A stretch of 53,872 bases of DNA, the filler included, from Jimgerdemannia flammicorona (Eukaryota): the NCBI GenBank assembly GCA_003990765.1. It is 2 parts of 2 records of this genome, joined end to end, with 100 filler letters (N's around TTAATTAATTAA, not from the genome) between each part and the next. Parts side by side here need not be neighbours in the genome. Positions count along the whole stretch, not along the records: positions 26,994 to 53,872 come from RBNJ01000685.1; 1 more part is not named here. One strand, given 5' to 3'. The translations under genes and the position numbers were made by a program. Below the pieces are notes generated by a model. That model saw only the letters and a list, made by a program, of their open reading frames with translations, had not been told where the DNA came from and did not search any database. Positions 38,614-52,033 of the stretch are shown piece after piece; position 1 is the first letter of the stretch, and every line of letters begins with the position of its first letter.

Positions 38614-40748
38614 ATTTATGCATCAGGTGATGGATTGCCATTGGTGGTGATATATAGGAAGAATATGGACATAGTAATACTGGGGATTGTGGTAAGTGGT
38701 GGGGGGATGTACTGAGATCGGCCGAGAATGCTGAATTGTGAATGAATTAGGATAGGAATTAGGATGCTTAAATGAATAGTGTGAAAATGAATTATACAGT
38801 GGGTGTCAGGAATGCTGAATTGTGAAAATCGATTACAAATAAAAAGATTGATAATACAAGATTGATGATGTAAGATTCAAATCGAACTCTCAATTCAATT
38901 CGATCGAATCAAATCAGACCCCCAATTCGATTTAACTTTGATTTGATTCAACTTTGATTCAAACCAAAAAATCCTCAATTCAATTCAACTCCAATCAACC
39001 CCAATTTGATTTGATTCAAATTGATTCAATTCATTTGGGAGCACTAGTTCCATCACAGATACTGAGGACCTGCAGATAACTTATACTGAGCACTTGATAC
39101 CCAAGGTCAGCTGACTCTCTACATAGCCCAAGATACCCTGAGATAGCACCTTATTAGTGACAGCAAAAGGAAGAAGGCACTGCACCAAAACAGATGCACT
39201 CCAGATGTAGCTGAAGACACCAGAAACTATGAAAAAATGGAGAAGACACTGATCTGACACCGATAAAGGGGCAACTCATCACCATTGCCTCCCTTCCACT
39301 GCCCTGCAAACCAACCCAAGGTAGAGGGGGTAATAATTGTAGAAAGTGAACTCAGAAGGTTATCTACCAAACCATTGTGACCAGTAAGGTAATAGAGAAA
39401 GATATAGTATTGTCACTTCTATCTCTTGCAAGATTAAGGCTGTCCTTGGTAGCAGTAGTTGTACAAGGATAATAGGTCTTAGTTTTTTTTTTTTTTTTTG
39501 GCCTACTGGCACATTTGCAAGAACTGGCCATCCTTGTCTAGGGTGAGGGCTCTCAATATCATAGCTGGGAGTTCAAATCTCTCAGAAATGATATTTTCTA
39601 TAATCTGAGGTAATTTCTAGTAGTAATATCTATCACACAGATGGCTTGAGATTAGTTTTGATGATGTTGGCTTTCTTGAGTTCAGATGAAGCATCCATCA
39701 TTCTCCAATAGAGGTGACATAGATAGAGTAAACAGAGTTATTCAAATGCATTTTGCTTCTACTAAGTAATGAGGTCTTGTATAGTTATGGTGTATCTTGG
39801 TCTTGAGTTTGATAAGTACAGTTCATGAACCCTTGATGGATGAGATAGGGTCCTTCTTGTCTCAGTTTGAGTTTGGTACCTTTGGTTTCTTTTTTGTAAT
39901 AGTATAGTATATCAAACTAGTTATAGAGGTTGAGAGTTGGTCTTATGGTTGTAGTACTTCTTCTGGTATTCTTGTGTCTTAGTGGTAGGTTCTCATATTT
40001 TCTGGCATATTTTGTGTAACCAGATGATCTCTTCAGTAACTTGTTTTGTAGTCTTGCATGTGGTTTCCAAATTAGTTCTGAGAATAGAGATTGTATACTT
40101 ACAGATATAAAACAGTCAAAGAGATATATCTCATATACTATTAGTTTGAAGATATTTATCTCTTAGATTATTATATAAATAAATTTGAATAATATATAAA
40201 GTTAATTATAAAATAATTTTAAATTTATAAAAAAAAAATGATATAAAATATAAATATATATTTTTATATTCAGTTTATCTGATTTTGTAAAAAATTTTCT
40301 ATATAGCAAAAAAATTGTTCTTATTTTAAATACTTCTAATAGTACTATAATTTATTGAATTCAATATAATATATATAATATCATCTTGCTAACTATACTG
40401 TTATAATAATTAACTGTCTTATTAAGAATTTCTTAGTCTAGATTTTCTTAAGAGTATACTATATATCTAAAAAGTTCTGCTTATAGTTTGATAGGCTTTT
40501 TCTTCAAATACTCCTTTAGAGCTTTATTGCTAGTTAAGTTTATAATATTTGAATACTCTAGATATCATATAATTTAAAATTGAATAAATCAAAAACTGTA
40601 AGTATAGACTATACTAATTAATAATTATTTCAATCTATGAAATATATCTTCTCAATGAGTATTTTATAAATTATACTAATCAGATCATTGATGTTAATAA
40701 GAGTTAATAGGATCTTGAAAGAAAGATATCTTTGAATTCAGTATATAT

Positions 40749-42795
40749 TGTGACGTACACAATTGACAATAGAGTACCGGTGACTGCTAAGATCAGACGA
40801 CATAATGGCATAACAATCGAATAGACAGCCTGACCCATTAGGTGATCACCCCAAAAAGAGCAATGATAATCTGAGCCAAAAGGAAGACTACATTATTTAA
40901 AGAACCATACTCCGCCTCAGGAATCAGCACTAAAGAACAAGTACCCACCACACAATGCCTCCTATCTGCCACCCTAACCAGACCTCCCGCCGCTCTTCCC
41001 CTTGCCTGGCCCAAAGACTCTAATCCTTAAAGCTATCAAAAAGGCTATTTGGCACCCAGACACCTCTGAACATCTGAACTTCTACACTGAGGATCTTGGA
41101 CACTTCATTAATTACTGGTACATAATGACCCAACAGCTCAAAGATACCACTGAACAAATGACCCTCTGGCATGATTATGAAATTGGACACTGCCTTCGTA
41201 ATGAAACCCAAGAAGGCAACCAGGAAGACCTCATTGCCGAAATGTTAACCACTAGCCGGCTAATTAAGAGAGCCCTCCATGTCCACCAAATCTTCCACCA
41301 TATTCCCTAGACTATAGCACACTTATAAGGAGTGACTACTGGAAGTCTTGCCCATCTCTCAACTGAAGATACAGACTGGATAGAATCAGAAGTAGCTGAC
41401 TCTATTGGTAGTAACTGGGTCGCTGTAGGAAGCCAACAAACCAAGCCCACTCAACCAGGCTTTCACACCACTCCACTCTGAGACAACCATCAAGGTCACC
41501 TAATGAGTTTCATGGAAATCTTCGAAGGACCACCCATTACCATTACAACACCTGTTGGAGCAATCCCAACTACTCACCACTCTGTCAGCTACAATTCGCA
41601 CCTCATCATTTGGGAACCAAATCAAGAAGTCCCAAAAGTCCCTACCAATATGGAAACTGAAGGATCTGAGGAAGAAGAAGAGGAGGAACAAAGAATCTAC
41701 CAATCCTCTGTCCACCTTCAAGCAGTCCAAGGGTTGGAGAATGTCATCGAAGATGATTGGCCACAATTCTACCCCCTCACCTCCTGGCCGGTGCTCTCAC
41801 CCTTTGAAGAACAGGATGAAGAAGTCACAACCCAGTAAGATGATTGGATCACTGATGAAGGGTACTTTACCATTCAGTGATCCAATGTCTGTTTCCTCAG
41901 TCCGGTCAGCCAACGTTTGTCAGCAAGTCAGCAACATCTGTTTTCAGTGATACTACCCACAATATCTATATCCAGCACTAGTACTCATCTTATCTCAATT
42001 CAGTGCAAACAATTATTACACCCATATTCAGCAATTAAACCACCACAATGTAGTATACCTTAGCCTCCCCTCCATAGCTAGCAAATTTGTATAAATAACC
42101 CTATATTTTAGAGTGAATAAACCTCAGTCAGTTTGTGTTTAAAGTAAAAAGGATTACAGAGAAACCTCACTGCCTTCAAGAGACCAGATAAATTCTGAGA
42201 ACAAGATAACTAGAGCAACGATCGCTTGAGGTTTGAGTTAAAGAATTTTCTCTTGCCATGGAAAATGTTCAAGATTTGCCACTAAGGAAAGCCACACGAA
42301 AAGCTGTTCAGTTCAGTTTAAAGACCCGCCACTAAAGGAAAGCTGTACAAAAAACCACCAACCACTGCTGAGATCCCACCAGTCCAACTGTCGTGTATTC
42401 GACCCGACTGCCATGCATTCAGAACCAACTGCCATTCAAGGTTCAAGACCGCACATTCGAGACCTGCCATTCAAGTATTAAGACCCCAGCCAAGGAACCC
42501 AAGGATACTTAGCTTAGGAAAGCCAGTACCGTCATCATTCACCTAATAAGTCAGATGGATGAGTTCCTCTTTTACCCACTGTGCCATGAACGTGTACATT
42601 CAAGAAGTAATTCACCACTAGAAAAATTCATCAACCACTAAACAACTGAGCCTCTACTGTATGAATCGGATAAACCGATCATGTGACCATTGACCTGCAA
42701 CTGTCGCAAACATACTCAGTCATATACCATATGCTCTACCAAGTAGTATATTGAGCTGTGGGTGAAGCAACTAGAGATACAAACTGTATGTCACA
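40749..42795 (+). mobile_element. Solo LTR (2047 bp) of a second LTR-retrotransposon family
   Basis: Termini TGTGACGTACA...TGTATGTCACA. TSD ATAT (40745-40748, 42796-42799). TATA/AATAAA/TCAGTC block at 42090-42130. Confidence 0.88.
40955..41838 (+). pseudogene. LTR-encoded ORF, homologous to 23845-24705
   Basis: ATG 40955 with a 1-nt frameshift in a C run near 41000. Then one frame covers ORFs 41002-41310 and 41503-41838, with three internal stops. Confidence 0.65.
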
Positions 42796-43305
42796 ATATA
42801 ATTAGATAGAGTATTTATTATATACAAGTATTTGAAGATATTGAGCTTATTATAATTATATTATTTAGTATATAAGAAAGATATGAAGAAAGTATATTAA
42901 TAAATACTTATCAGAATAAGTAGTAAGATAGAGTATTAGATATAGAAGATATATAGAAGGTATATAGTATATAGTAGATCTTGAGCTCTCTGAAAGAGAG
43001 ATAGAGAGGTCTGTGAAGTAAAAAGAAAGAGAGTACTGATACTGAAGCTATAGAGCACTCTCTGGAGAATTGGCTATCTTTATAGATAGATGGTCTTAGA
43101 GATTTGATTCTACTAGTTAAAGAGGAGAAAATTCTATTGATCTTGAAATAAGATTAGACATAGTATCAGATAAGAATGATTTACTCTGGAACTTTTGGAA
43201 AATAATAGTAGAGATCTTTAGAATATTGGAGGAGATAGTAGTATTTTGTAATTTTGTCCCTATATCTAGAGTGGATCAGAGAGCAGAATCTTAGTCTAAT
43301 AGTAC

Positions 43306-44242
43306 TAATGCTCTCAATAAATCAAATTGAATCAAATTGGACCTAAATTCAATTTGATTTAAGAACTTTAAATTGAATTAAAGTCCAATTTGATTTAAAT
43401 CAATTTGAATTAAGGCTCAATTCAATTTGATTTGAATTTTAATTTAATCCTAAATTTTTAAAATTCAATAACTCAAATTGAATCAAACAAAATCAAGTCA
43501 CAATTTGAATTGAATTCAAAATTTGATTTGAAGTTTAAATTTTGAATTGAATTTAAAATTTGATTCAAAGTTTGAATTTTTGAATTAAATTTAAAATTTA
43601 ATTTGAAGTTCAAATTTTTTGAAATTCAAAACTAAATATAATAATTCAAAACTCATATATAATACAACTTACAACAACAATATATATACATAATCAAGTA
43701 TATTACAATTAAGTATATCAGATATATCTTCTATAATACTACTTATGGTGAATACTATAATAACAGCTTCAGTGTTAGATATAGCTTTAATAAGTATAGC
43801 TATGATGAGTATAGTCTCAATATAATAGTTTAAGAAAGGAAAATCAAAAGCAAAAGAATGCTCTAGTATTTAGAAAAAGTTTACAAAAGAGTGGATAGAG
43901 AATAAAGATATCAGATAAATCAAATATAATTATTATAAAATGATATATAAGTTTATTAGTGACTCTATAATAAATCTATAGATGCATTTTGACAAATTTT
44001 ACAAAAGTTATCAAGTAGGAGTAATAGAATCATTTTTCTCAAAAGTATGGTTTTTATATTATTTGTTTACTTCTTTTGTTTTTTGTTTTTTATTTTTTGT
44101 TTTTTTCTTATTAATTTATTGTTATTTAATATTTCTCTTTTATATCAAATAGTCAAGATTTTCTATAAAATTATTTCAAGATATACTTATTTACTAGATT
44201 ATCTATAATAGTCAATCTTTCATAGTTGTTGAAAATTTAGAG
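43306..44242 (+). mobile_element. hAT-3, 5' fragment (degenerate)
   Basis: Decayed TIR TAATGCTCTCAA, subterminal ATTTG/ATTCA arrays, and a BED-region sequence collinear with hAT-2. It ends at the LINE junction. Confidence 0.8.
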
Positions 44243-47200
44243 CTAGTCTCCCAAGCTTTGCAGACAAGGTTAAGGAGAGTGGGTAGCTAGCTGATACTAG
44301 GGCTGGTGTTGCTGAGGGGAAGGGCAAGGTGAGCCTTAGGAGGGGGGGGGGTGCTCTGGCTGGGAGTGCAGATGTAGGGGCTGGAGGTGCTGTGGCTGGG
44401 GATGTGACTGTTGATGGAAGTGTGATGGGGAATCAGGAAAAAAAAGAAGATGTGATAGCTGATGGCCAGGTGGGGCAGGGGTTCCCGATATGGAAGGGGG
44501 ACCTGGCAGATGGTGTAATGGGGCTGGCAGTGACTCCATTGCTCAAGAAGTTGATCTTGAAGTTTGCGGTAACCTTGTGCTTCTGGGGCTTAGTGGTGAT
44601 GACAAGGATGGTTCTGGGGCTTGTTTCGAAGCAGGTGGCTGGGGCAGTCTCAGTGAAGTTCTTAAAGGGTCTGGAGGTGGTTGAGGTGGGCTTTGAGAAG
44701 GCAGGCCCACTAGATGAGATACTGAAGACTAGAGTTATGGTTGGAGAGGTGGTGGTCCCCATGGTGCAGTACTTATGATGGGACCCCAGGATGATGTAGC
44801 TTCTGGTGAAGAGGGTGCCTATGGTGACTAAGGAGGAGACTAGGAAGAGAGTGGAGGAGGTGATAATTGAGTATGGTGATGTGGTGGATATCAGCTTTCA
44901 GGTGTGGGAGGGGATAATGATCAGGATGGGTGACATTGATGTCAGGATTTGGCTGACAGGCAAGGAGGCCACAGGGAAGGCAAGTAACTGGCCTTCTGTG
45001 CTGATGTGGGGGGCATTCATCTGTAAGGTGTCAAGGGTGAAGGGGAGTGAGGAGGAGGAGAAGGACTTGTTAGAGGTACTGGAGGAGATGAGTGAAGCTG
45101 TGGAGAGGAGGGCAAGGGCCTGGAAGATATATGAGGAGTCAATGCATCTGGAGGTTGTGGATGGGAAATGTATCTGTACTGACAGGAAGCAGTAGGAGTG
45201 GGCACAGGGGCACAGGAGGCAGAGAGAGCTACTTGTGAGTATGAAAGTAGAGGCAAAGCAGAAGGCAGTGGGAGCTGAAGGGTCTGGGGGTGTCAAAGCC
45301 AGTATTTGGGCAAGTAAAGGGGTTGGGGAGGTGGAGGCAGGCAAGAAAGGAGCTGAAAAGATGCTGAGCAAGGACCCCTATACTGATGGCACTTTCGAGA
45401 TCTGGGAGCAGGAGCTGGATGCAACCCCCCCCCCTCTTATCAGAAGGGGCCTGGCTGGAAAGAGATGGACAACAGAGGATGTACTGATGAAGAGGGCCCA
45501 GCAAGTGCACTTTGGGGTCCCAGATGTGGAAAAAGGGGATCAGGTAGTGGTAGTTGGTGAGGATGAGCTGGTGGATGTCCCTGAGGAGGAGTGGGATAAG
45601 GCTACCAGTATAGGGGCTGACACCACGATGTTGGACATAGAACAGCTGGGGACTCCAGGAGGAAAGGAGGTGGGGAACTTGCTGTGGATAAGCAAGGTGA
45701 TGGATAACCTTGTGGCTGAGACTTTGGGAGAAGTGGACCTGCAGATAATGCCTGAGGAGCATTGGGTACAGATTTTACATGGTGAGGGAGTGGTGGAGGC
45801 ACTGAAAGGGGAGATTCTTTCGATTTTCCTAGAGGAGGAGGGATATGAGGTTGATGAGGTGAGGAGGGCCAAGCTGGCAGTGGTCACTGGTGAGTGGGTG
45901 GCATACTGTTGGGTGGAGCAGCATGGTTTGCAGTTCTGGCAGGAGGCCTGTTGGGAATATCATGAGGACTTTGAGGAGCAAGAAGATGGGGCAATGGTGG
46001 AACTTCTGGGAGGGTTGGAGGTACAGGAAGCTGGTGAAAGGGAACTAGCTGCTGATCATGACTTGGATTTGTTACAGGAGAAGCGGGATGTAGAATTGTA
46101 GAGAGTGGGTTTACAATACAACTTTTTTCTCTTATGAATAGTACAACCAACATTTTCTCTTTGAATGTGAATGGGCTAAGGGGATCTGGGTGGCATAAGA
46201 ACATTTTTAATTGGCTCAAGAGATTGGAGGCTGATCTCTTTTTACTATAGGATGTTCGGTGTGAGAATGAGGATGATCAGGTTGAGTGGACTAGAGAATG
46301 GGGTAGGGCTACTGCTTGGTTTGGAAAGTGGTGATTCTGGTGAGAAAGGGTAGAGGAGACTTGGGGGGTATTGGGAGCTGGGATGATCGCTTGGTCTGGA
46401 GAGATTGGCATCAGCCGGGATGGGAGATGGTGAGGGTTGGCTCTTACTACTGTCCTGCAGTTAGGGGTGAGAGGATTGCATAGATTAAAGAGCTGCTAAA
46501 GGAGGGTATTCTCTTGGCAGAAGGAGTTGATGTGCTTGGGGGGGACTTTAATATGGTTCAGGATCAGCATCTGGACTGAACTGATGGTGGAAGAAGTTCA
46601 GGAGGGAGAAGTGGAGGCCTGGATGCATGGAAGGAGGTGGAGAGGCTAAGCTCCTTAGGAGATATGGGCAGAACATGATGGGGCAACTCCAGGGTCTACA
46701 TATATTGGGTGAATGGCTTAGATACAAGGATTGACTGGATTCTGATGGCAGAAGGCTGGGGGTCAGATGTCTGGAAGGTATTGGAGGTGGAATAGTGCCC
46801 ATGATCTGATCACTGGAGACTGTTGAGACAGGGACAGTTTGGGGGGAGTGGAGATGGACCCAGACATTGGCACCTTAACTCCTCCCTACTGGCTGAGAAG
46901 GGGTTGTGGGATTTGTGGGTAGAGGACATCCAGGCGAAAGTTGCTTGCTGGAGGTGTGAGGGTTTATCAGTGGATGTCCATTAGATGAGATTGAAAGAGG
47001 CTGTGAGGGTCTATTGGAGAGGGGCTGAGAGAGAAGCTGGGAGACAGAAGAGGAAGTGCATGAGGTGTGCTTCCAACAGGCTGAGGAGATTGCAAATAGA
47101 TTGGGCAGGTTTGCTCACTTCTGATAGGGTGGAGGATTGGAGGTTAGTGCAGATTAAATTGGAGATAATGGAATTGCAACAGGTGTTGAGAGAAGAGGAA

Positions 47201-49819
47201 GAGGTGCATATGTGAGGTATGGCTGCTAGGCTAAGGTGGTAGGGGCTTGAGGAGGGTGAGTGGCCTACTAGATATTTGTTCCATCTACTCAAAGCTAGGA
47301 GGGTGAGACATCAGTGGGATGGAGTCCTAGATGCCAATGGGAACATGGTACATGGCATGCAACAAATCTTAGGGATTTTGAAAGAGAAATAGCAGGGTTT
47401 GTGGAGTGAGGAAGAAGGGGGTGCTGATGAGATGGCTATTGAAGATACATTAGGGGAATGGAGGCCACTGCATGTGGCTAGACTGGATGACTTGGCCTTG
47501 CTAGTGCAAGGTGAGGAGGTCCAGAGTGTCCTTGTGGCAACTAAAACTGGAACAGCACCAGGGGAGGATGGACTGCCATGGGACTTCTGGAAGAAGATAG
47601 TTAAGGTCTCTAGCATTTTGGGTGAGATGACTGCTCTTTGTGATCATGTTCTTCAGAGTGGTGAGTGGGTTGGAGAGCAGAACCTCGGGCTGGTAGCTTT
47701 ATTATACAAAGACAAGGGGAGGAGAGAAGACTGGAAGAACTGGTGACTGATCATGCTTTTGGACATGGACAGGAAGATGGTGACTAAGGTGATTGTTGCA
47801 AGACTGCAGAAGGTTGCCCAACAGATGCTGGGGGAGGAGCAGCGGAGCTTTATTGGAGGCAGACTTATAAGAGATGAGACTGCATGAGTGCATAGTATCA
47901 TTGAAGGGGCCTAGGCTTGTGGCCTGGATAGAATGTTGGTCTTCTTGGACCAGAAGAAGGCCTATGACCAGGTCCAGTGGGTTTGGCTGAGTAAGGTGTT
48001 GGATCATATTGGTGTTCCTCCAGGATTTCAGGCTTCTATATTGAGTCTGCTAGAGGGCAGTTGGGTGGCATTGATATGTAATAATTACTGTGGTCTGGCA
48101 TTTACCTTGAGAAGAGAGATTCCTCAGGGGGACTCCCTGTCCCCTATTCTTTATGCCCTCTCATTGGAACCATTGATGGATAGGATTTGCCAGAAGGTGG
48201 TAGGGCTCTTTATCTACGGCATAGTGTGGAAGGTGGGAGCCTTTGCAGATGATATGGTGGTTGGCCTTAGGTCTGTGGCAGATGTTGAGGTACTTAAGGA
48301 GATGGTGAAATGGTATGAGGATCACTCTGGGGCAAAGCTCAACTGGCATAAGTGTGAGACTATGGTGCTAGGAAATGGGCTGGTGGGTGGGGACATCATT
48401 GGAACAATTGTCTCTACTGGTGAGGTAGTATGGTATCTGGGCATCTTCCTCTCTGTGTATAGCTCTGTCTTGCCATAAGTGTGGTGGGAGAGCAGGGTGG
48501 CTGTTTGGGGGGAGGCCCTTCGAGGTTGGGGAGGCTGCCATATCTCTCTAGCAGAGTGGGTATCAATTCTGAATATATACTGGTTCCTTAAGCTATGGTA
48601 TGTAGCCTACCACCTAGACTTCCCAGCTTGGGTGGTGAGGAGGCTGACAAAGGTGGCTAGGGATTGGATTTGGACAGGGAGGAGGTCCCAGATCAGTTGG
48701 GATACTCTTGTGACACTGGTGGTTCGGAGAGGTCTTGGCCTTATAGAATTCCCCAAGAGGTTGCACTGCTTGCAAGCCTGGTGATTAAAGAGGGTGGCTG
48801 AACTACAAGGAGGGGGTTGGGTTCCTCTGCTGCAGAAGGTGTGGGAGATGAGAACCTCTCCCCAAGGGTCCTCAGGAGATCTACTCTCTTTGGTAGGGCT
48901 CAATGGAATTCAGAGGCTGTGGTTTAAGGGCTTTTAGTGAGAAGTGGTTGATAGAGTATACAGAATTAGTCTGTGCTGGCAAGGCAATGAGGGGGAGGTG
49001 TTGTGGGGACCAAGTATGTGGCAATGGGATAGACTGCTACTGGGGGATGCTCTACTTGCTATATTTGATATTGGGGACAGAGTGGAGTATCAGCAGGGTC
49101 TTGGCCAGGATCTTTGGCTGAGCAGTTGGTAGGCAGTCAGGATTAGTGAGGAGTGGAACTAGGCAGGTATCTGGTCTTGGAGTGCTGAGGTGCAGTGGTG
49201 GCTTCTCCCCAAGTTCTGGGTAGTGTGGTGGTGAATGCTGCAGAAGAATGTCATGCTGAATTTCCACACCAGATATCTGGTGGATGGTGGCTGTTTCAAT
49301 TGTGAGGAGTGTTACAATGTAGGGCAAGCTGGGGATTTGGTGCAGATGCTAGAACATTGGCTGGGAGAGTGTGAGGTTTTGGGGAACTTTTGGATTGAAA
49401 TATGGAATAGACTAGGTGTGGAGTACAGGCCAGTGGGTGGGGGGATTGCTGGGAGGACTTGAGATCTTGGCTAGTGGGGGGAGTGGGTGATAGTTGGCTC
49501 ACTGTCAGGTGAGTGTTAGCAGTTTGGGTGGGATTGGCAGGACATTGGCTATTTGTGTTTGAGGAGGGGTGGCAGATGAGACTGCAGGAGAAGGTTTTAA
49601 GATGGGAGGAGCTGTTGGGGGATCTGGTGACTGGATGGTGGATAGGGTGGGGTCCTTTAGGGGGGCAATGGTGAGGTTTGGTAGTGAGGATATGCAAACA
49701 GAGTAGTGGGAGGGTGGGGATTGTTTTTGATAGAGTGGTGTTTCATCGAGAAGGGGTAGGGGAGAGGGGCCCCCCTAAGGAGATTGGATAGGGGGTATAA
49801 TAAAGGAAGAGTCCAAGTG

Positions 49820-49863
<44 letters not shown>
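44243..49863 (+). mobile_element. L1/Tx1-like LINE copy 4, slightly 5'-truncated, ending in (TA)n
   Basis: ORF1 and ORF2 (ATG 46134) are collinear with copy 1. The 3' end AATAAAGGAAGAGTCCAAGTGACTAT is followed by (AT)~19. No TSD found. Confidence 0.92.
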
Positions 49864-49865
<2 letters not shown>

Positions 49866-49899
49866 TTAAACAATACAGTGACTGGTCTTGAGAGTTTTC

Positions 49900-50700
49900 C
49901 TGATCTTCTTAGAATATTTGATTATAATATATCCTATTTAGTAATAGAAGAAATAAGCTCTAGATTTCTTTAAATAATCTTTTTCTTCTAAGTAAGCTTG
50001 GTATTTTTCTTATTTATAGCATCTAGGTCTATTGGTACTAGGCTAACTACTTTGGGTTGATTCTTGTGATAGTTCTCAAAATAATTCTTCTTATAGTACT
50101 CTAGTTCAAAGTAGTTACTAAAAATGATAATATCAAATCTATTAGTAATTCTCATGGTTTCATTGAGGGTCTGTGACTCTTCTAGTCTGACCTTGACTTG
50201 TGTATTTCCTTTCAGACCTCAGATATAGCAATCTATCTTTTTATCCTCAGCTATTACTGATAGTTTAAGTAGAATTAACAGAAATTGTATATTATAACTT
50301 TATACAAACTTGAGTTACTTAATGTTCACTAGCTTATCTCAGACTAGCTTAGTAGTATTAATAGACTTGAACTGCTTGTAAAAGGTCTCCTTAAAAGATG
50401 TCTAGTCTCAGATTCTTGTATCCAAATAGATAGTTGTAATTATAATATGATTATACTACTAAATAACTATATTTACTCAGAGAAGTATAGTAGCAAATTA
50501 GACTTATATGTCTTTTTCCATTCTTGTGAGTTCAAAGTATTGATCCAACTAAAAGATCTATACATTTGTAATCAGTCCTCCTCAGTGACTATTAAAGATA
50601 TCTGACTTGAGTAACTTAAAGCTAACTGGTATAGTAGTAGAATATAACATAGCTATAGTTCTTATTTTCTAGTATTCTACTTATACTTAGAGTAGTCAGA
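49900..50700 (-). pseudogene. Heavily mutated retrotransposon gag remnant
   Basis: Minus-strand translation near 50630-50450 gives FKLLKSDIFNSH*GG...IF*LDQYFELT...FATILL*.N.VI**, consistent with a Retrotrans_gag KP..F.G...W.FQ...YF...A..WW pattern after C>T/G>A decay. Confidence 0.55.
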
Positions 50701-51596
50701 TCTAATAGGTTATAGAGATAATTATTTTCTCTAGATTAACTTATAGTTCTGTATTATCTGTTTCTTCTATAATAGAGAGATCTGATTAGTAGGCTAGTTC
50801 TCATGATTTATTTTGAGCTCATATAACTAGTTGTGACTGATTTCTGAATTTGTATAAGGTTTTATAATAAGATAAGATATAATGACACTACTGCTACTAA
50901 GTATAATAGTTCTAGTCTCTTTAAGAGAAAGTAGCTAAGACTGATGATTCTGGTAGATCTAAAGTAGCTTGAAGAGATACTTATAAGTTTAAGTATTCTC
51001 AAAGAAATTTTGAGAGAAAATATTTTACTCTTTATTCAAGTAGAGAATAAGGATAATTTATACAAGATCTGAAAGAAAGATCTGGAAGAACCTTAAAAAA
51101 GAAGAAAAAGACCAAAAAATGGATTCTTGACTAATAGAATTCTATAATGTTCTAAAAGGTTCTATAACTAGATATTTAGTGCTACTTAGTACTGAGAAAA
51201 GATAAAAATATTCTAATAATGTCTTAGTACTAAGAGAAGATTTCTAGATACTCAGGAAGTACTAGAATATAGTAGAATATTTAAGAAAAGACAGAAAAAG
51301 ACTAGCAGAAAAGATATGAAAAGTACGAAAACTAAAATATAACTATGAAATTATTATATATAAGATTATATACTAATATATTAAGTTGTTATCTCAATAT
51401 ATAGTATCAATATTTTGAAGTCTTTAGAGATTGATTTAAGTTTTAATTAGTATATATTTTTCAGATTAAATATTATTTATATTATAATAATATCTCCAAG
51501 CATACTATAGATAGATACTACCAAAAAAGAGAAATCAGAGAGAAGGGTTATATTGAACATATAAATGTAAGTAAGAGAGATAAAGTAAAGAGAGAG

Positions 51597-51600
<4 letters not shown>

Positions 51601-51678
<78 letters not shown>
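51601..51678. repeat. Poly(A) tract (~78 nt)
   Basis: Direct reading. Confidence 0.9.
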
Positions 51679-51680
<2 letters not shown>

Positions 51681-52033
51681 AAGCAAGTGACAAGACAAGC
51701 ATTGGGTTTTGGTTAGATAATATATATGCTTCTTAGACCCACTCTTATCTATAGTAAAGAAGGCCAACTTTTAATTATATCTCACTAGAGATGAGAGAGA
51801 GAGGTATATAAAAATAGCTTGAGAGCTACTACTAAAGACTAATGTTATGTAAAGTACTGATGCTAAGCTATTGTTTAGCTATTGTTCAGCTAAGGGGTAC
51901 TTTATGATAAACAAAAGGTATCCTGAGGTATACTAACTAAGTATACTACTACTGGAGTAAGCTGAGATAAGCTAGCTAATTGAAAAGTCAAACTGAAACT
52001 ATACTGTATATATTATTTCAGTTGGTTTCAGTA

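Larger units (their letters stand above)
28476..39046 (+). mobile_element. hAT DNA transposon (hAT-2), containing LINE copy 3
   Basis: TIR TAGTGCTCCCAA/TTGGGAGCACTA. Decayed 8-bp TSD ATCCCACC/GTTCCATC, differing only by transitions. Subterminal ATTCA/ATTTG/ATTCG arrays. Confidence 0.9.
27641..39405 (-). mobile_element. Short (~1.2 kb net) non-coding poly(A) retroposon, interrupted by hAT-2
   Basis: On the minus strand: poly(A) at 27640-27663 with AATAAA ~20 nt upstream. TSD GGTATTGTTACTTCT (27626-27640) / AGTATTGTCACTTCT (39406-39420). The 5' end ATATCTTTCTC resembles the LINE 5' end. Confidence 0.65.

Noticed and set aside
39421..40744. AT-rich tract that may be an older TE (continues at 42800-43305)
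   Set aside because: Too decayed to assign termini or protein motifs by eye.
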